Assembly (NCBI RefSeq): GCF_055900595.2
Contig: NZ_CM148325.1
DNA: 64,000 nt
Reading direction: 5' to 3' (one strand)
Below, in pieces: positions 35,863 through 46,759 of the stretch; the stretch's first letter is position 1, and the number at the start of each line of letters is the position of its first letter. The notes under the pieces were generated by a model that was given only the letters and a program-made list of their open reading frames with translations, did no database searches and was not told where the DNA came from. The translations under genes and the position numbers were made by a program.

Positions 35863-36816
35863 GTGGATAGTAATAATCAAATTGAACCCTGTTTAAGCAG
35901 AAAGTCGTCAGAAGGTAAACCACAAATATTTACAACCTTACGAAATATTGATCTTAACCTTCTGACTATTTTTGAAGCTGTGTATGTGCATAAAGGGATC
36001 GTTAATGCAGCGAAAGTGCTTAATCTGACACCCTCGGCAATCAGTCAGTCTATTCAGAAACTGCGCGTTATATTCCCTGACCCATTGTTTATTCGCAAAG
36101 GCCAGGGCGTCACTCCTACTGCATTTGCAATGCATTTGCATGAGTATATCAGTCAGGGCCTTGAATCCATTCTCGGCGCGCTGGATATCGAAGGAACCTA
36201 TGATAAGCAACGAACGATAACTATCGCGACCACCCCCTCGGTCGGAGCCCTGGTCCTTCCTGTCATCTATCGGGCGATTAAATCTCACTATCCGCAGCTT
36301 TTACTGCGCACCCCCCCCATCAGCGACGCGGAAAACCAACTCAGTCAGTTTCAAACCGATCTCATCATCGATAACATGTTTTGCACCAATCGTACGGTGC
36401 AACATCATGTTCTGTTCACCGACAATATGGTGTTAATTTGCCGCGAGGGAAATCCGCTACTCTCTTTAGAAGATGACAGAGAGACTATTGACAACGCTGC
36501 GCATATACTCCTGTTACCGGAAGGGCAAAATTTCAGCGGTCTGCGGCAGAGAGTTCAAGAGATGTTTCCGGACCGGCAAATCAGTTTCACCAGCTACAAC
36601 ATTTTGACAATCGCTGCACTGGTTGCCAACAGTGACATGTTAGCGATTATTCCCAGCCGTTTTTATAACCTGTTTAGCCGTTGCTGGCCGCTGGAAAAAC
36701 TGCCTTTTCCGTCCTTAAATGAGGAGCAAGTAGATTTCTCTATCCACTACAACAAATTCAGCCTGCGTGATCCCATCCTGCACGGGGTAATAGATGTTAT
36801 CCGTAATGCATTTTGA
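35863..36816 (+). CDS. ybeF: LysR-family transcriptional regulator
   Basis: 317 aa; GTG start with SD ggag; N-terminal HTH (LNLLTIFEAVYVHKGIVNAAKVLNLTPSAISQSIQKLR). Confidence 0.85.
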   Translation: MDSNNQIEPCLSRKSSEGKPQIFTTLRNIDLNLLTIFEAVYVHKGIVNAAKVLNLTPSAISQSIQKLRVIFPDPLFIRKGQGVTPTAFAMHLHEYISQGLESILGALDIEGTYDKQRTITIATTPSVGALVLPVIYRAIKSHYPQLLLRTPPISDAENQLSQFQTDLIIDNMFCTNRTVQHHVLFTDNMVLICREGNPLLSLEDDRETIDNAAHILLLPEGQNFSGLRQRVQEMFPDRQISFTSYNILTIAALVANSDMLAIIPSRFYNLFSRCWPLEKLPFPSLNEEQVDFSIHYNKFSLRDPILHGVIDVIRNAF

Positions 36817-37024
36817 AAAAGTATTGTTACAGCCAGATCACAGCGAAGAACGAAAAAATGGCACAATCCAACAACAATTTTACATTTTCGCGACCGCTTT
36901 GGCTGCTTTCAGGTCCGTTTCAATGATATACTGCCAGTCGTTAATTCAAAAATAGTTGATAATTACAACAATCTATTGAATTGAAACGCTTTCCTTCGTA
37001 ATTCGCAACTGGAACACGCACGCT

Positions 37025-37990
37025 ATGAGTAAACCCATTGTGATGGAACGCGGTGTTAAATACCGCGATGCCGATAAGATGGCCCTTATCCCGGTTAAAA
37101 ACGTGGCAACAGAGCGCGAAGCCCTGCTGCGCAAGCCGGAATGGATGAAAATCAAGCTTCCAGCGGACTCTACACGTATCCAGGGCATCAAAGCCGCAAT
37201 GCGCAAAAATGGCCTGCATTCTGTCTGCGAGGAAGCCTCCTGCCCTAACCTGGCGGAATGCTTCAACCACGGCACAGCAACGTTTATGATCCTCGGCGCT
37301 ATTTGTACCCGCCGTTGTCCGTTCTGTGACGTTGCCCACGGTCGCCCGGTAGCTCCGGATGCCAATGAACCAGTGAAACTGGCGCAGACCATTGCCGATA
37401 TGGCGCTGCGTTATGTGGTTATCACCTCCGTTGACCGTGATGACCTGCGCGATGGCGGTGCCCAGCACTTTGCGGATTGCATTACTGCCATTCGGGAAAA
37501 AAGCCCGCAAATCAAAATTGAAACTCTGGTGCCGGATTTCCGCGGTCGTATGGATCGTGCTCTGGATATTCTGACCGCCACACCACCAGATGTGTTCAAC
37601 CATAACCTGGAAAACGTACCGCGTATTTACCGTCAGGTACGGCCTGGTGCAGATTACAACTGGTCGCTGAAGCTGCTGGAACGCTTTAAAGAAGCGCATC
37701 CGGAAATCCCGACCAAGTCTGGGCTGATGGTGGGTCTGGGTGAAACCAATGAAGAAATTATTGAGGTAATGCGCGACCTGCGCCGTCATGGTGTGACGAT
37801 GCTAACGCTGGGGCAATATTTGCAGCCAAGCCGCCATCACCTGCCGGTTCAACGTTACGTTAGCCCGGATGAGTTCGACGAAATGAAAGCCGAAGCGCTG
37901 GCGATGGGCTTTACCCATGCTGCATGCGGTCCGTTTGTCCGCTCGTCTTACCACGCCGATTTGCAGGCGAAAGGGATGGAAGTTAAGTAA
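37025..37990 (+). CDS. lipA: Lipoyl synthase (radical SAM)
   Basis: 321 aa; Cys clusters CPNLAEC and CTRRCPFC. Confidence 0.95.
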
Positions 37991-38020
37991 TCCTGTAATA
38001 ATTACTTACATCTGTCTGAT

Positions 38021-38050
38021 AAAAAACCCGCTTTTTGAAGCGGGTTTTTT
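38021..38050. terminator. Bidirectional intrinsic terminator between convergent lipA and tatE
   Basis: aaaaaa-cccgctttttgaagcggg-tttttt: perfect hairpin flanked by A- and T-runs. Confidence 0.8.
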
Positions 38051-38090
38051 GTATCGAACAAGATATTGAGGGAGCGTCCTGCTCGCCACG

Positions 38091-38294
38091 TCACTCTTTA
38101 TGAGAGAGCTTTTCAGCCTGAAGATCAACGTCTGCGCCTTTTTTCGCCGCAGCATCGTCATCATTCATCGCCTTCTTGAACCCTTTAATGGCCGCTCCAA
38201 GGTCTCCGCCCAGCGTACGTAACTTCTTAGTCCCAAACAGCAGAACGACCAGCGCCGCAACCACCAGCAGTTTGGTAATACTAATCTCACCCAT
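38091..38294 (-). CDS. tatE: Twin-arginine translocase subunit TatE
   Basis: 67 aa; N-terminal TM helix plus amphipathic helix ([33 protein letters not shown]). Confidence 0.95.
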   Translation of the reverse strand: MGEISITKLLVVAALVVLLFGTKKLRTLGGDLGAAIKGFKKAMNDDDAAAKKGADVDLQAEKLSHKE

Positions 38295-38422
38295 AGATAC
38301 CTTCTTGACATATAACCGGCAACAGAACGCGCCTTAAAAACCAGAGAATATTAACGGTCATTCGACGCGCGCACACAATAGCAATCTGTAACAAGGTGAA
38401 TCAAGCGCCGAGTAAAAAAACA

Positions 38423-39211
38423 TCATAATAATTGCGGCGGCGCAAAGCGACGGTTGTTTAAGACGGGCAGTTGCGCGCGCACCTGACGCACACGTTCGGG
38501 CGTCACTTCCGCCATAATGAGTGCAGGCATTTCTGACGCTGCCGCAATGGTGACGCCAAAGGGATCTATAATCCGGCTTTGCCCGATATTTTTGTTCCCG
38601 CACTCCCCCGCCGCCACCATATAACAGGTGGTATCCAGCGCACGAGCGGCAAGCAACGTTGACCAGTGATGCTCTTTGAGCGGCCCGCGAACCCAGGCGG
38701 CAGGAAGTACCAGAATTTCAGCTCCCTGTAATGCCTGTGCCAGCGCCAGCTCTGGAAAGCGTAAGTCATAACAGGTCATCAGACCGACCTTCATCCCTTC
38801 CACCTCCAGTAACGGAGCTATTTCATTACCAGCATCAACATGGCGTGATTCCTGAATGGCAAATGCATCATAGAGATGCAGTTTGGCATAACGGGCGACG
38901 ATGTTTCCTGCCTGTAGCGCCACCAGCATATTCCATGCGCGCCCCGGCGTTGAAGGAACATGAATCGTCAGAATTGTCGTCATCATGTTACGTTTACTTT
39001 CTCGCCGTAAACGTCCGAGAAATTCGCCTTCCAGCAGCTGTGCTGATTTAACCGATAGATCTGCATCATGATCATCACGCGCCAACAATGCTTCCGGCAG
39101 GACAAACAGCGAAACGTCGTTTTCCGCCGCCTGCGCCATCAACGAGGCACAAATCTCAGCGTTCTTTTCCCACACAGATGTAACAGCAAACTGTCCTGCG
39201 GCAACCAGCAT
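38423..39211 (-). CDS. ybeM: Carbon-nitrogen hydrolase (nitrilase superfamily, Nit1/deaminated-glutathione-amidase-like); intact
   Basis: 262 aa from the ATG at 39211 (SD aggagg); catalytic Cys context [13 protein letters not shown]; uninterrupted reading frame here. Confidence 0.85.
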   Translation of the reverse strand: MLVAAGQFAVTSVWEKNAEICASLMAQAAENDVSLFVLPEALLARDDHDADLSVKSAQLLEGEFLGRLRRESKRNMMTTILTIHVPSTPGRAWNMLVALQAGNIVARYAKLHLYDAFAIQESRHVDAGNEIAPLLEVEGMKVGLMTCYDLRFPELALAQALQGAEILVLPAAWVRGPLKEHHWSTLLAARALDTTCYMVAAGECGNKNIGQSRIIDPFGVTIAAASEMPALIMAEVTPERVRQVRAQLPVLNNRRFAPPQLL

Positions 39212-39306
39212 TGCCACCTCCTCCTGTCAGAGTCGTAAAATTCGCCAACGGCGATTATTCGGCGTTACACTTATCACTCATACAAATCAAATAGCAGGAT
39301 TTTGCA

Positions 39307-39690
39307 GTGTTACAACTTCTTTTAGCAGTTTTTATTGGCGGTGGTACGGGAAGCGTGGCGAGATGGCTGTTAAGTATGCGATTTAACCCGCTGCATCAGG
39401 CGATTCCGTTGGGGACGCTGGCTGCAAACCTGATTGGGGCATTCATCATAGGAATGGGATTCGCCTGGTTTAGCAGGATGACGAACATTGATCCAGTGTG
39501 GAAAGTATTAATCACCACCGGATTTTGTGGCGGTCTAACAACCTTCTCAACATTTTCGGCAGAAGTGGTGTTTTTGTTACAAGAGGGCCGCTTTGGCTGG
39601 GCATTACTGAACGTTTTCGTCAACCTTCTGGGGTCTTTTGCCATGACCGCACTGGCTTTCTGGCTGTTTTCGGCCTCAACCGCACACTAA
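39307..39690 (+). CDS. crcB: Fluoride ion channel CrcB/FluC
   Basis: 127 aa; four TM segments; conserved GxxGGxTTFSTF motif ([12 protein letters not shown]). Confidence 0.95.
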
Positions 39691-39694
39691 AGAC

Positions 39695-39726
39695 CAAAAA
39701 AAACCCGCTGATTAAGCGGGTTTTGA
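39695..39726. terminator. Bidirectional intrinsic terminator between convergent crcB and cspE
   Basis: aaaaaaaa-cccgctgattaagcggg-tttt hairpin with flanking A/T runs. Confidence 0.8.
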
Positions 39727-39743
39727 ATTCTTGCTGACGTATC

Positions 39744-39953
39744 TTACAGAGCGATTACGTTTGCAGCAGAAGGGCCTTTGGCACCGTTAGTGATTTCGAA
39801 CTCTACGCGCTGACCTTCAGCAAGAGTTTTAAAACCATTAGTCTGGATTGCAGAGAAGTGTACGAACACGTCTTTGCTGCCGTCTTCCGGAGTAATGAAA
39901 CCGAATCCTTTGGACTCATTAAACCACTTAACGTTACCTTTAATCTTAGACAT
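39744..39953 (-). CDS. cspE: Cold-shock-domain protein CspE
   Basis: 69 aa from the ATG at 39953: [20 protein letters not shown] with RNP1/RNP2 motifs; the ORF track extends further upstream. Confidence 0.95.
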
Positions 39954-40127
39954 CAAAATTACCTTTACATGAAAAATAGACACAAATGCTGTGTCGGTTA
40001 CCAGTACACCAATTGTGGTACGCTTTGTCCAGTGCAACTTTACTAAAAAGTGATAAAAGTCGCGTTATTTTTGATGTTAATTATTTTAGTCATTGATTTT
40101 AAAGAAGTTACTAAAATTTCATTTGTC

Positions 40128-40688
40128 TCAAAACTGAAAGCGCATCCAGGCAAAGTACACATTGCCATTGTTATAGGTACCCGGAATGTAGGTCATCTGA
40201 AAAGTCACTGGACCATAACCCACAGAGGCCAATGGCAGTAGAACCGGGAGAGGGATGTAATTCCAGTTATCGCGTGCCGTTACGCCAGCGGTGAATCCCA
40301 GTCCTAAATGAAAATTTTCATCCGCCAGCGGTCGCCAGGTACTTTCCCATCCGTATCCGGCAATCGGTTCCCATTTGTTCCACGAGTCCTTAAATGCCAT
40401 GGCATACAGGCCATGCCAGTTTCCTTTTTCATCCCAACGCGACTGACCAAAACCGCCCCCCCACGGTCGCTCGTTATAGCGATCGGTTTTTTCTTTGTCG
40501 TAAGCGAAACGAGCATGCCAGGTGATGGCAGGAATATATAAATCATAATGTTCAGGCTGTTGCCAGGTTTGTGTAATATTTTCTCCAAACGTTGTCATCC
40601 ACTCATCTGCGTTAGCTAAAACTTTACCAACGCTGATTAACTGAATAAAAACAAAGGAAAATATAGCGACATATTTACTCACGTTCAT
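40128..40688 (-). CDS. pagP: Lipid A palmitoyltransferase (outer-membrane beta-barrel)
   Basis: 186 aa from the ATG at 40688; signal peptide [25 protein letters not shown]; full-length match to the PagP family. Confidence 0.9.
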   Translation of the reverse strand: MNVSKYVAIFSFVFIQLISVGKVLANADEWMTTFGENITQTWQQPEHYDLYIPAITWHARFAYDKEKTDRYNERPWGGGFGQSRWDEKGNWHGLYAMAFKDSWNKWEPIAGYGWESTWRPLADENFHLGLGFTAGVTARDNWNYIPLPVLLPLASVGYGPVTFQMTYIPGTYNNGNVYFAWMRFQF

Positions 40689-41173
40689 TTGTGACCATAA
40701 AACATTTATCAAAAATCTACTACTAGCATAGCAAAACTACAATTAACATAACCTTAATAGACCCAACATGAAGAATAATCTGAATAGCTGCTCTATTTAT
40801 TTCCGCTTGTTCAAGTTAAATATTTCCGCGCATCGATTAAAGATGATGCGTCGTTTTCTGCGATGGGAATAGTCAAAAAAGAAAAACCAAGTCTTTTTTG
40901 ATGACAAAATGCAATCAAAGAAAAATTATTTTATTTTTTAACTAGATACAACAATCATCTTAACGAAGTATATAATATATATCGTCAACCCATGCTCATG
41001 GTAGATTATTTTATGAGCACACAACCGCAGCTAACACCATTGCAATTAACAAATTTGCATCAATCCACCATCAATTTACACACATTATTATGTGATAATT
41101 GCCAACCGCTAAATATGCGTTTTGTTATCTATGTATAAAAACAGCAACTTCAATGTCTTAATGGCAGTTTTTC

Positions 41174-41187
41174 TTGATTTTAATCAG
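41174..41187 (+). promoter_or_regulatory. FNR-like site (TTGAT-N4-ATCAg) upstream of dcuC
   Basis: ttgattttaatcag, about 90-100 bp upstream of the dcuC ATG; dcuC is known to be anaerobically induced via FNR. The assignment is by consensus match only. Confidence 0.45.
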
Positions 41188-41276
41188 CATTCACCGCCAA
41201 TTTATTGGGCATATTTTTTCCTTAAGCTTTAGGAATTTTTTATTATTTACCTTGGGGCCTGGAGACAGGAAAAATT

Positions 41277-42662
41277 ATGCTGACATTCATTGAACTCCTT
41301 ATTGGGGTTGTGGTTATTGTGGGTGTAGCTCGCTACATCATTAAAGGGTATTCCGCCACCGGCGTGTTATTTGTCGGTGGCCTGTTATTGCTGATTATCA
41401 GTGCCATTATGGGGCACAAAGTGTTACCGTCCAGCCAGGCTTCAACAGGCTACAGCGCCACGGATATCGTTGAATACGTTAAAATATTGCTAATGAGCCG
41501 CGGCGGCGACCTCGGCATGATGATTATGATGCTGTGTGGCTTTGCCGCTTACATGACCCATATCGGCGCGAATGATATGGTGGTCAAGCTGGCGTCAAAA
41601 CCATTGCAGTATATTAACTCCCCTTACCTGCTGATGATTGCCGCCTATTTTGTCGCCTGTCTGATGTCTCTGGCCGTCTCTTCCGCAACCGGTCTGGGTG
41701 TTTTGCTGATGGCAACCCTGTTTCCGGTGATGGTAAACGTTGGTATCAGTCGTGGCGCAGCAGCTGCAATTTGTGCCTCTCCAGCGGCGATTATTCTTGC
41801 ACCGACTTCAGGGGATGTGGTGCTGGCGGCGCAGGCTTCCGAAATGTCGCTGATTGATTTCGCCTTCAAAACGACGCTGCCTATCTCGATTGCTGCGATT
41901 ATCGGCATGGCGATCGCCCACTTCTTCTGGCAACGTTATCTGGATAAAAAAGAGCACATCTCTCATGAAATGTTAGATGTCAGTGAAATCACCACCACTG
42001 CCCCTGCGTTTTACGCCATTCTGCCGTTCACGCCGATCATCGGAGTACTGATTTTTGACGGCAAATGGGGTCCGCAATTACACATCATCACAATTCTGGT
42101 GATCTGTATGCTGATTGCCTCCATTCTGGAGTTCATTCGCAGCTTTAATACTCAGAAAGTGTTCTCGGGCCTGGAAGTGGCTTATCGCGGGATGGCAGAT
42201 GCGTTTGCTAACGTGGTGATGCTGCTGGTTGCCGCTGGGGTATTCGCTCAGGGGCTTAGCACCATCGGCTTTATTCAAAGTCTGATTTCTATCGCCACTT
42301 CGTTTGGTTCGGCGAGTATCATCCTGATGCTGGTATTGGTGATCCTGACAATGCTGGCAGCAGTCACGACCGGTTCAGGCAATGCGCCGTTTTATGCGTT
42401 TGTTGAGATGATCCCGAAACTGGCGCACTCTTCCGGCATTAACCCGGCGTATTTGACTATCCCAATGCTGCAGGCGTCAAACCTCGGTCGTACCCTGTCA
42501 CCCGTTTCTGGCGTAGTCGTTGCGGTTGCCGGGATGGCGAAAATCTCACCATTTGAAGTCGTAAAACGCACCTCGGTGCCGGTGCTTGTTGGGCTGGTGA
42601 TTGTTATCGTTGCTACAGAGCTGATGGTGCCAGGAACGGCAGCCGCGGTAACAGGCAAGTAA
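41277..42662 (+). CDS. dcuC: Anaerobic C4-dicarboxylate transporter DcuC
   Basis: 461 aa polytopic membrane protein; SD ggagacagga; synteny with pagP and dpiA. Confidence 0.9.
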   Translation: MLTFIELLIGVVVIVGVARYIIKGYSATGVLFVGGLLLLIISAIMGHKVLPSSQASTGYSATDIVEYVKILLMSRGGDLGMMIMMLCGFAAYMTHIGANDMVVKLASKPLQYINSPYLLMIAAYFVACLMSLAVSSATGLGVLLMATLFPVMVNVGISRGAAAAICASPAAIILAPTSGDVVLAAQASEMSLIDFAFKTTLPISIAAIIGMAIAHFFWQRYLDKKEHISHEMLDVSEITTTAPAFYAILPFTPIIGVLIFDGKWGPQLHIITILVICMLIASILEFIRSFNTQKVFSGLEVAYRGMADAFANVVMLLVAAGVFAQGLSTIGFIQSLISIATSFGSASIILMLVLVILTMLAAVTTGSGNAPFYAFVEMIPKLAHSSGINPAYLTIPMLQASNLGRTLSPVSGVVVAVAGMAKISPFEVVKRTSVPVLVGLVIVIVATELMVPGTAAAVTGK

Positions 42663-42702
42663 ATAGTCATGCCGGAGGCAAGCTTCCTCCGGCTTTATCA
42701 TG

Positions 42703-43383
42703 TCACCCACTGTGGTATATGCGTTGCGGTCTGCCAACTTTGCCGTGAACAATTTCAGCAATAATCAGATGGCGGCTGGCGCAATATTCAAGATAACGTC
42801 TGGCAGTGGTGCGGCTGATAGTCAGTGCCTGCGCCACCGTTTCTGCCGTATGTTGCACACCAGGCTCTTTAAACAGTTTTCGCACCGCGTTTAGCGTCAA
42901 GGGGTCAATGCCGGTCGGCAGTTCGTCTTTGGGTTCACCGCGAGCATAGGCATTAAACATCTCATCGATTTGCTTCTGGCTGGCGCTATCAATACTTTCC
43001 AGCATATGTTTACGCTGGCGGAAACGGGTTAGCGTTTGCCCCAGCCGTTCATAGGCAATTGGCTTAATGAGATAATCAAATACACCACAACGTACGGCTT
43101 CAGACACCGTTTCCATATCACTGGCTGCAGTGGTAAACACCACGTCGCCGGGATAATGCGCCTGCACCAGTTCATGCAGTAAATTAATCCCTCTACCGTC
43201 AGGAAGATAGTTATCGAGCAAGATTAGCCCCGGCTTAAAACGCTCGATCATCATTCGGGCCTGCGCCAGGTTTCCCGCCAGTAATATCTGACTGAATCCG
43301 GGAATGTGACGAATATATTCCGCATGCATCTCTGCCAGCGGCGTTTCGTCCTCAACGATCAATAGGGTTAATGGAGCTGTCAT
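42703..43383 (-). CDS. dpiA: Two-component response regulator DpiA (CitB)
   Basis: 226 aa; receiver domain (LTLLIVEDE...LILLDNYLPDG) plus C-terminal HTH. Confidence 0.9.
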   Translation of the reverse strand: MTAPLTLLIVEDETPLAEMHAEYIRHIPGFSQILLAGNLAQARMMIERFKPGLILLDNYLPDGRGINLLHELVQAHYPGDVVFTTAASDMETVSEAVRCGVFDYLIKPIAYERLGQTLTRFRQRKHMLESIDSASQKQIDEMFNAYARGEPKDELPTGIDPLTLNAVRKLFKEPGVQHTAETVAQALTISRTTARRYLEYCASRHLIIAEIVHGKVGRPQRIYHSG

Positions 43384-45010
43384 TAGGTTTCACTTTCGGA
43401 ATATAGATTGAAAATAAGGTACCGCAGGGATCATTATCTTCGAGAGTGATAACACCACCGCAGCGCGTTACGTAGCTGGCAATCAAGTACAACCCAATGC
43501 CATGTTCGCCGGGCTCGTCAGCACGCGTACTGACACCCTGCTCAAATATTTTGTCTCGTAGAGACTCTGGAACGCCGCAGCCCTGATCGGCGACTTCAAT
43601 CACCACATCATCGCCTTCATCGCTGAGGAATAATTCAACGATCTTGTTTCCTTCATCGCTACGCAGGCTGGCTTCGAAGGCGTTATCAAGTAAATTGCCA
43701 ACAATGGCTGCAAACTCGGTGCTGTCCAGTCCTGGCGGCAGTTGCGAAAGATGACTTCCGGGGACGATGACCATTTTTAGCCCCAGTTCGCGGGCGCGCT
43801 GCACTTTACCAAAAAGCAGCCCCGCCACCTGGCGATCGGCAAACGCCTCGCGCAGGCTATCAATAAGCTGTTGCTGGGCCTGAGACTCCCCCTGCACCAT
43901 CGCCAACACGCGATCATACTCTTTCATCTGCAACAGACCATTGAGCGTCGACATCCAATTGAGATGCTCGTGTCGCAATGTGCGCAGGCTCTCGACGTAT
44001 TGTTTAATTTGCGTCAGTTGTGCATTGAGGGTGGATATTTCGTCTTTACTACGAAAGCTGATAATGGCCCCCAGCAAATCATCACCAGAACGAATAGCTT
44101 CCCGGTTGGCAATAACGCTCAGACCGTTAAAGTTCGCCACCACATCCTGACGTTTTTCATCAATCTGTTCGGTAAAGAAATCGGCGGGCCTGACCACTTC
44201 AGCAATGGGTTTACCCAACCATTGCCGTCCGGGGGAACTCAGCCCCAGCATCTTTCTTGCGTTACGATTGATGGCGGTAATGTAACCGTGCGGATCCACC
44301 GCAATCAGCCCTTCATAAACCGAACTAAACAGCGCCTCTTGCTGACGGACCACGCGTGCGATTTGCTTTGGCTCCATGCCCATCATTTGCCGACGGATAT
44401 GCGCGGCCAGGAACCACGACAGCAACATCAGAATCCCTAACAGCACGACAAACACGCCAGCCATCGGTAATAAAAACTCAGCCCGCCAGCTATCGATTTT
44501 ACTCACCAGGTAGCCAATCGACACCACGCCGATGACTTTTCCATCGTCATCAAAGATTGGCGTTTTGGCACGCATCGCCATGCCAATTGACCCTTTCCCG
44601 GTGATAAAGTAGCTCTCCCCTTTCTCCAGCGCGCCCGGTTTGGTGAACTGCATAGGATAACCAATTTTCTCCGGATTAGGATGGTAAAGACGAATCGAGT
44701 GCCGATCGCCAATCACCACATAATCGAAATCAGTATCTCTTTGTAATTTGTCAGCGATGGTCGCCAGCCTCTTGTAGTCACGCGTTTTCACTGCGCTGAT
44801 GATACTGTCATTAGAAGCAATAATTTTTGCCTGATTCATTGCCATGTCGCGCACATGAAGCGTTAAATAGTCCTCAAAACTGGCCGTAAAATATTGCGCC
44901 AGGGCTGCAATGACAAATATTGAGAACACCAGAATCAGCAAAAAGATACGCAGCGGAAATGCCAGTCTTTGGAAAAATGCAAACTGTTTATTCTCGTTAA
45001 GCTGCAACAT
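43352..45010 (-). CDS. dpiB: Sensor histidine kinase DpiB (CitA)
   Basis: 552 aa from the ATG at 45010 (MLQLNENKQFAFF); two TM segments flanking a periplasmic PAS-like domain; H-box LRHEHLNWMSTL; overlaps the dpiA start. Confidence 0.9.
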   Translation of the reverse strand: MLQLNENKQFAFFQRLAFPLRIFLLILVFSIFVIAALAQYFTASFEDYLTLHVRDMAMNQAKIIASNDSIISAVKTRDYKRLATIADKLQRDTDFDYVVIGDRHSIRLYHPNPEKIGYPMQFTKPGALEKGESYFITGKGSIGMAMRAKTPIFDDDGKVIGVVSIGYLVSKIDSWRAEFLLPMAGVFVVLLGILMLLSWFLAAHIRRQMMGMEPKQIARVVRQQEALFSSVYEGLIAVDPHGYITAINRNARKMLGLSSPGRQWLGKPIAEVVRPADFFTEQIDEKRQDVVANFNGLSVIANREAIRSGDDLLGAIISFRSKDEISTLNAQLTQIKQYVESLRTLRHEHLNWMSTLNGLLQMKEYDRVLAMVQGESQAQQQLIDSLREAFADRQVAGLLFGKVQRARELGLKMVIVPGSHLSQLPPGLDSTEFAAIVGNLLDNAFEASLRSDEGNKIVELFLSDEGDDVVIEVADQGCGVPESLRDKIFEQGVSTRADEPGEHGIGLYLIASYVTRCGGVITLEDNDPCGTLFSIYIPKVKPNDSSINPIDR

Positions 45011-45389
45011 TGTTTTCCTTGCGGGTTGTCCCGAGCCTCTTTGACGGATGTAATTAAAATGTTGAATCAAAATACATAGATATTAAATATAATCGTGGCA
45101 AATTTTATTCATTAAATCAATTAAATCACTTAAACCTGCGGGTCATTTCGTAATTACATTAATTAAAAAACTTAAAACCATTAAATAAATAAAAAACCAC
45201 TAACTCTATGTGAAATAAATCAAAATTTCACGCTGCAATACTCCTTAGGATGTATAGCGAAAGGAGAAAAAGATATACCTCGATCGCCCCCCTTTCTCCC
45301 AAGTGAAAATAAAAGGTTATCAGTTTGCAACATCGAACAACATTCGTTGCAAATCGATAACAACATGCACCTTCAGGATACTATTTATT

Positions 45390-46448
45390 ATGTTCGGCAA
45401 TGATATTTTCACCCGTGTAAAACGTTCAGAAAATAAAAAAATGGCGGAAATCGCCCAATTCCTGCATGAAAATGATTTGAGCGTTGACACCACAGTCGAA
45501 GTATTTATTACCGTAACCCGCGATGAAAAGCTTATCGCGTGCGGTGGAATTGCCGGAAATATTATTAAATGCGTTGCTATCAGTGAATCCGTTCGCGGTG
45601 AAGGACTGGCGCTGACATTAGCCACTGAATTGATAAACCTCGCCTATGAGCGGCACAGCACGCATCTGTTTATTTATACCAAAACCGAATACGAGGCGCT
45701 GTTCCGCCAGTGCGGTTTTTCCACGCTGACCAGTGTACCCGGCGTGATGGTGCTGATGGAAAACAGCGCCACGCGACTGAAACGCTATGCCGAATCGCTG
45801 AAAAAATTTCGTCATCCAGGGAACAAGATTGGCTGCATTGTGATGAACGCCAATCCCTTTACGAATGGTCACCGTTATCTGATTCAACAGGCTGCAGCAC
45901 AGTGCGACTGGTTGCATCTGTTTTTAGTTAAAGAAGATTCTTCACGCTTTCCCTATGAAGACCGGCTGGATCTGGTGTTAAAAGGCACCGCCGATATTCC
46001 ACGCCTGACTGTGCATCGCGGCTCCGAATACATCATCTCCCGCGCTACGTTCCCTTGCTACTTCATTAAAGAACAGAGCGTCATTAACCATTGTTACACC
46101 GAAATTGATCTGAAGATTTTCCGTCAGTACCTCGCTCCCGCGCTGGGTGTAACTCACCGCTTTGTCGGTACTGAACCCTTTTGTCGCGTTACCGCCCAGT
46201 ACAACCAGGATATGCGCTACTGGCTGGAAACGCCGACTATCTCCGCACCGCCCATCGAACTGGTTGAAATTGAGCGGCTGCGTTACCAGGAGATGCCGAT
46301 ATCCGCTTCCCGGGTACGTCAACTGCTGGCGAAAAACGATCTCACGGCTATCGCGCCGCTGGTCCCTGCAGTCACGCTGCATTATTTGCAGAACCTGCTT
46401 GAGCACTCCCGCCAGGACGCGGCAGCTCGTCAAAAGACCCCCGCATGA
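45390..46448 (+). CDS. citC: [Citrate (pro-3S)-lyase] ligase
   Basis: 352 aa from the ATG at 45390 (MFGNDIFTRVKRSENKK); synteny citCDEFXG. Confidence 0.9.
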   Translation: MFGNDIFTRVKRSENKKMAEIAQFLHENDLSVDTTVEVFITVTRDEKLIACGGIAGNIIKCVAISESVRGEGLALTLATELINLAYERHSTHLFIYTKTEYEALFRQCGFSTLTSVPGVMVLMENSATRLKRYAESLKKFRHPGNKIGCIVMNANPFTNGHRYLIQQAAAQCDWLHLFLVKEDSSRFPYEDRLDLVLKGTADIPRLTVHRGSEYIISRATFPCYFIKEQSVINHCYTEIDLKIFRQYLAPALGVTHRFVGTEPFCRVTAQYNQDMRYWLETPTISAPPIELVEIERLRYQEMPISASRVRQLLAKNDLTAIAPLVPAVTLHYLQNLLEHSRQDAAARQKTPA

Positions 46449-46462
46449 GAAACAGGTGAAAA

Positions 46463-46759
46463 ATGAAAATAAACCAGCCCGCCGTTGCAGGCACCCTTGA
46501 GTCTGGGGATGTGATGATACGCATCGCCCCACTCGATACGCAGGATATCGACCTGCAAATCAACAGCAGCGTTGAAAAACAGTTTGGTGATGCCATTCGC
46601 ACCACCATTCTGGACGTTCTCGCCCGCTACAACGTGCGCGGCGTACAGCTGAATGTCGATGACAAAGGCGCACTGGACTGCATTTTACGTGCACGACTGG
46701 AAGCCCTGCTGGCACGCGCCAGCGGTATCCCGGCTCTGCCATGGGAGGATTGCCAATGA
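46463..46759 (+). CDS. citD: Citrate lyase acyl carrier protein (gamma subunit)
   Basis: 98 aa; conserved prosthetic-group Ser context (AGTLESGD). Confidence 0.9.

Noticed and set aside
38358-38603. 81-aa ORF overlapping the 3' end of ybeM and the tatE-ybeM spacer
   Set aside because: Overlaps a well-supported CDS in another frame; no SD or conserved motif.
39212-39306. Possible fluoride riboswitch upstream of crcB
   Set aside because: The leader is only about 95 nt and shared with divergent ybeM; I could not identify the conserved crcB-motif pseudoknot elements, and E. coli crcB is generally considered to lack this riboswitch.
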